DNA of 63,518 nt, filler included, from Choristocarpus tenellus KU-1152 (taxonomy: Eukaryota > Protista > Phaeophyceae), in NCBI GenBank assembly GCA_964200185.2. It is 7 parts of 7 records of this genome, joined end to end, with 100 filler letters (N's around TTAATTAATTAA, not from the genome) between each part and the next. Parts side by side here need not be neighbours in the genome. Positions count along the whole stretch, not along the records: positions 59,373 to 63,518 come from CAXNAD020015985.1; 6 more parts are not named here. The stretch is one strand, 5' to 3'. The notes under the pieces were generated by a model, which worked only from the letters and a program-made list of their open reading frames with translations, was not told the DNA's origin and searched no databases. The translations under genes and the position numbers were made by a program. Shown here in pieces: positions 62,501 through 63,518 of this stretch. Numbering within the stretch: the first letter of the stretch is position 1; each line of letters opens with the position of its first letter.

Positions 62501-63272
62501 CCTGTGCTTGAGGACATGTGTGAACGGAGCTCCCTCATGGTGGTGAAGGAAACCAGACCCCACAAGGTATTTTATGTTATTTTATGTTGGATGTAAAATG
62601 CAGGATATTATATTTGGAATATAGGTATGGTAACAGCTGAGGTTTTTTTTGTTTGGCAGAGGTGGTATTTTGGGGGTTGCAATTTCATGGAAATTGGAAT
62701 CCATAGAATTATTTTTTAATCTTTTTTTTCTTTTAGTTAATTGGTAAAGGGGGTTGTTGTGATGAGGCCACTGACCTGAGCTGATTTGTTGGTTTTTGTC
62801 CAAAATTTTTCTTCTGGAGAGCAATTTTCTGTAAGGGAAGGGGGAGGTTGTATGTATATTGGGTGGGGATGAAGGAATATTGATTTTTCTTCAAGTATTA
62901 CATGGACAGTAGTTGTTAAGTGGTTGCAACTGTAGAGGAATGATTATGCCTGTCTTTGTGCTCAGATGTGTAGGACGCATCGAAGTGTTTGTGTGTTGGG
63001 TTAGGGTTAGGGTTAGGGTTAGGGTTTGCATCCATATAACACCATATGTGGTAACACTACCCTATTGATAGTCATGTTTTCATCCACCCNNNNNNNNNNC
63101 CCCCCCCACTCCCTGCAAACATAACTCTTGTGTTTGCTATGCCAAGCAGTCTCCAGAGAGTGGTGTGATGTCAGTTATTGTCTTGCGAGATCCTCGTGCA
63201 GCAGCCAACGCCCTCATGAAGAAGTGGTTGATACCAGAATATTTGGAGGCGTTTGCAGAGGATTTCTGCAAG
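59561..63272 (+). CDS. Carbohydrate sulfotransferase (CHST/Sulfotransfer-type), partial
   Basis: Exons 59561-59666 (VEILSMHRSGSSTVGQLFNNDPSAFYVNDPC; 5'-PSB), 59914-60032 (IVERVFKC), 62417-62566 (EDMCERSSLMVVKETR) and 63150-63272 (VIVLRDPRAAANAL; 3'-PB); GT-AG, phase compatible. Confidence 0.8.
60443..60655. repeat. Intronic minisatellite, unit about 12-15 bp (CATCTTTCAGTTA)
   Basis: More than a dozen direct copies visible. Confidence 0.9.
61393..61540. repeat. 42-bp tandem repeat (about 3.3 copies) with hairpin and telomere-like motif
   Basis: Unit GGACTCTCAATGTCTACTGTTAGTAGACAATACCCTAACCCT. Confidence 0.9.
61625..61797. repeat. Degenerate 9-bp microsatellite (AAATGTGTA/AAATATCTA)
   Basis: Direct inspection. 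Confidence 0.85.
62996..63026. repeat. Interstitial telomere-like (TTAGGG)n tract
   Basis: Four exact TTAGGG copies; shorter tracts at about 44165, 50395, 61835, 61890, 61925 and 63305. Confidence 0.85.
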
Positions 63273-63421
63273 GTGAGTGGTGTTCACTTTTGATGGAGAG
63301 GTTTCTAACCCTAACCCTAAGTAGTACTTTTTGTGTACGAGGGCTCTTTTTTTCTTAATCTCATTTTTTGGTTGCAGAGATAGTGAGAGTCTTGAACCGG
63401 CTCTATAGTTTTGTGTGCGGT

Positions 63422-63452
<31 letters not shown>

Positions 63453-63518
63453 GGGGGGGGGGGTGGGGGGGTTTTTTTTTGTTTTTGTTGTTTTGGGGTG
63501 GTGAGTTTTGTGTGTTGT

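Overview
Eukaryotic nuclear DNA that is intron-rich and TE-rich. It is most likely a brown alga or related stramenopile; this is inferred from long introns, interstitial TTAGGG tracts, RTE-type LINEs and a CHST-type sulfotransferase. The window is at least 7 contigs joined by artificial 100-nt N44-TTAATTAATTAA-N44 linkers (6201-6300, 10253-10352, 28446-28545, 37441-37540, 40374-40473, 59273-59372), so adjacency across linkers is unproven. Most listed ORFs are spurious, and real genes had to be spliced by hand. Four partial host genes were reconstructed: a 4-EF-hand protein with a mitochondrial-type presequence (-), a beta-repeat surface-type protein (+), the 18-exon C-terminal part of a large coiled-coil protein (+) and a carbohydrate sulfotransferase (+). 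There are four intact tRNA-Val genes (2 CAC, 2 TAC) plus one decayed copy, each preceded by the same upstream cassette. Decayed TEs include a Copia element, RTE-like LINEs, a mariner, a TA-flanked Tc1/IS630-like element and an intron-containing Sola-like DDD transposase. The strongest candidates for undescribed systems are (i) two short-TIR MITE families (16 and 7 copies) that share terminal and subterminal motifs, with 4-bp TSDs shown for the larger family and a Sola-like transposase relic in the same window, and (ii) the repeated tRNA-Val cassette with a one-base anticodon switch.
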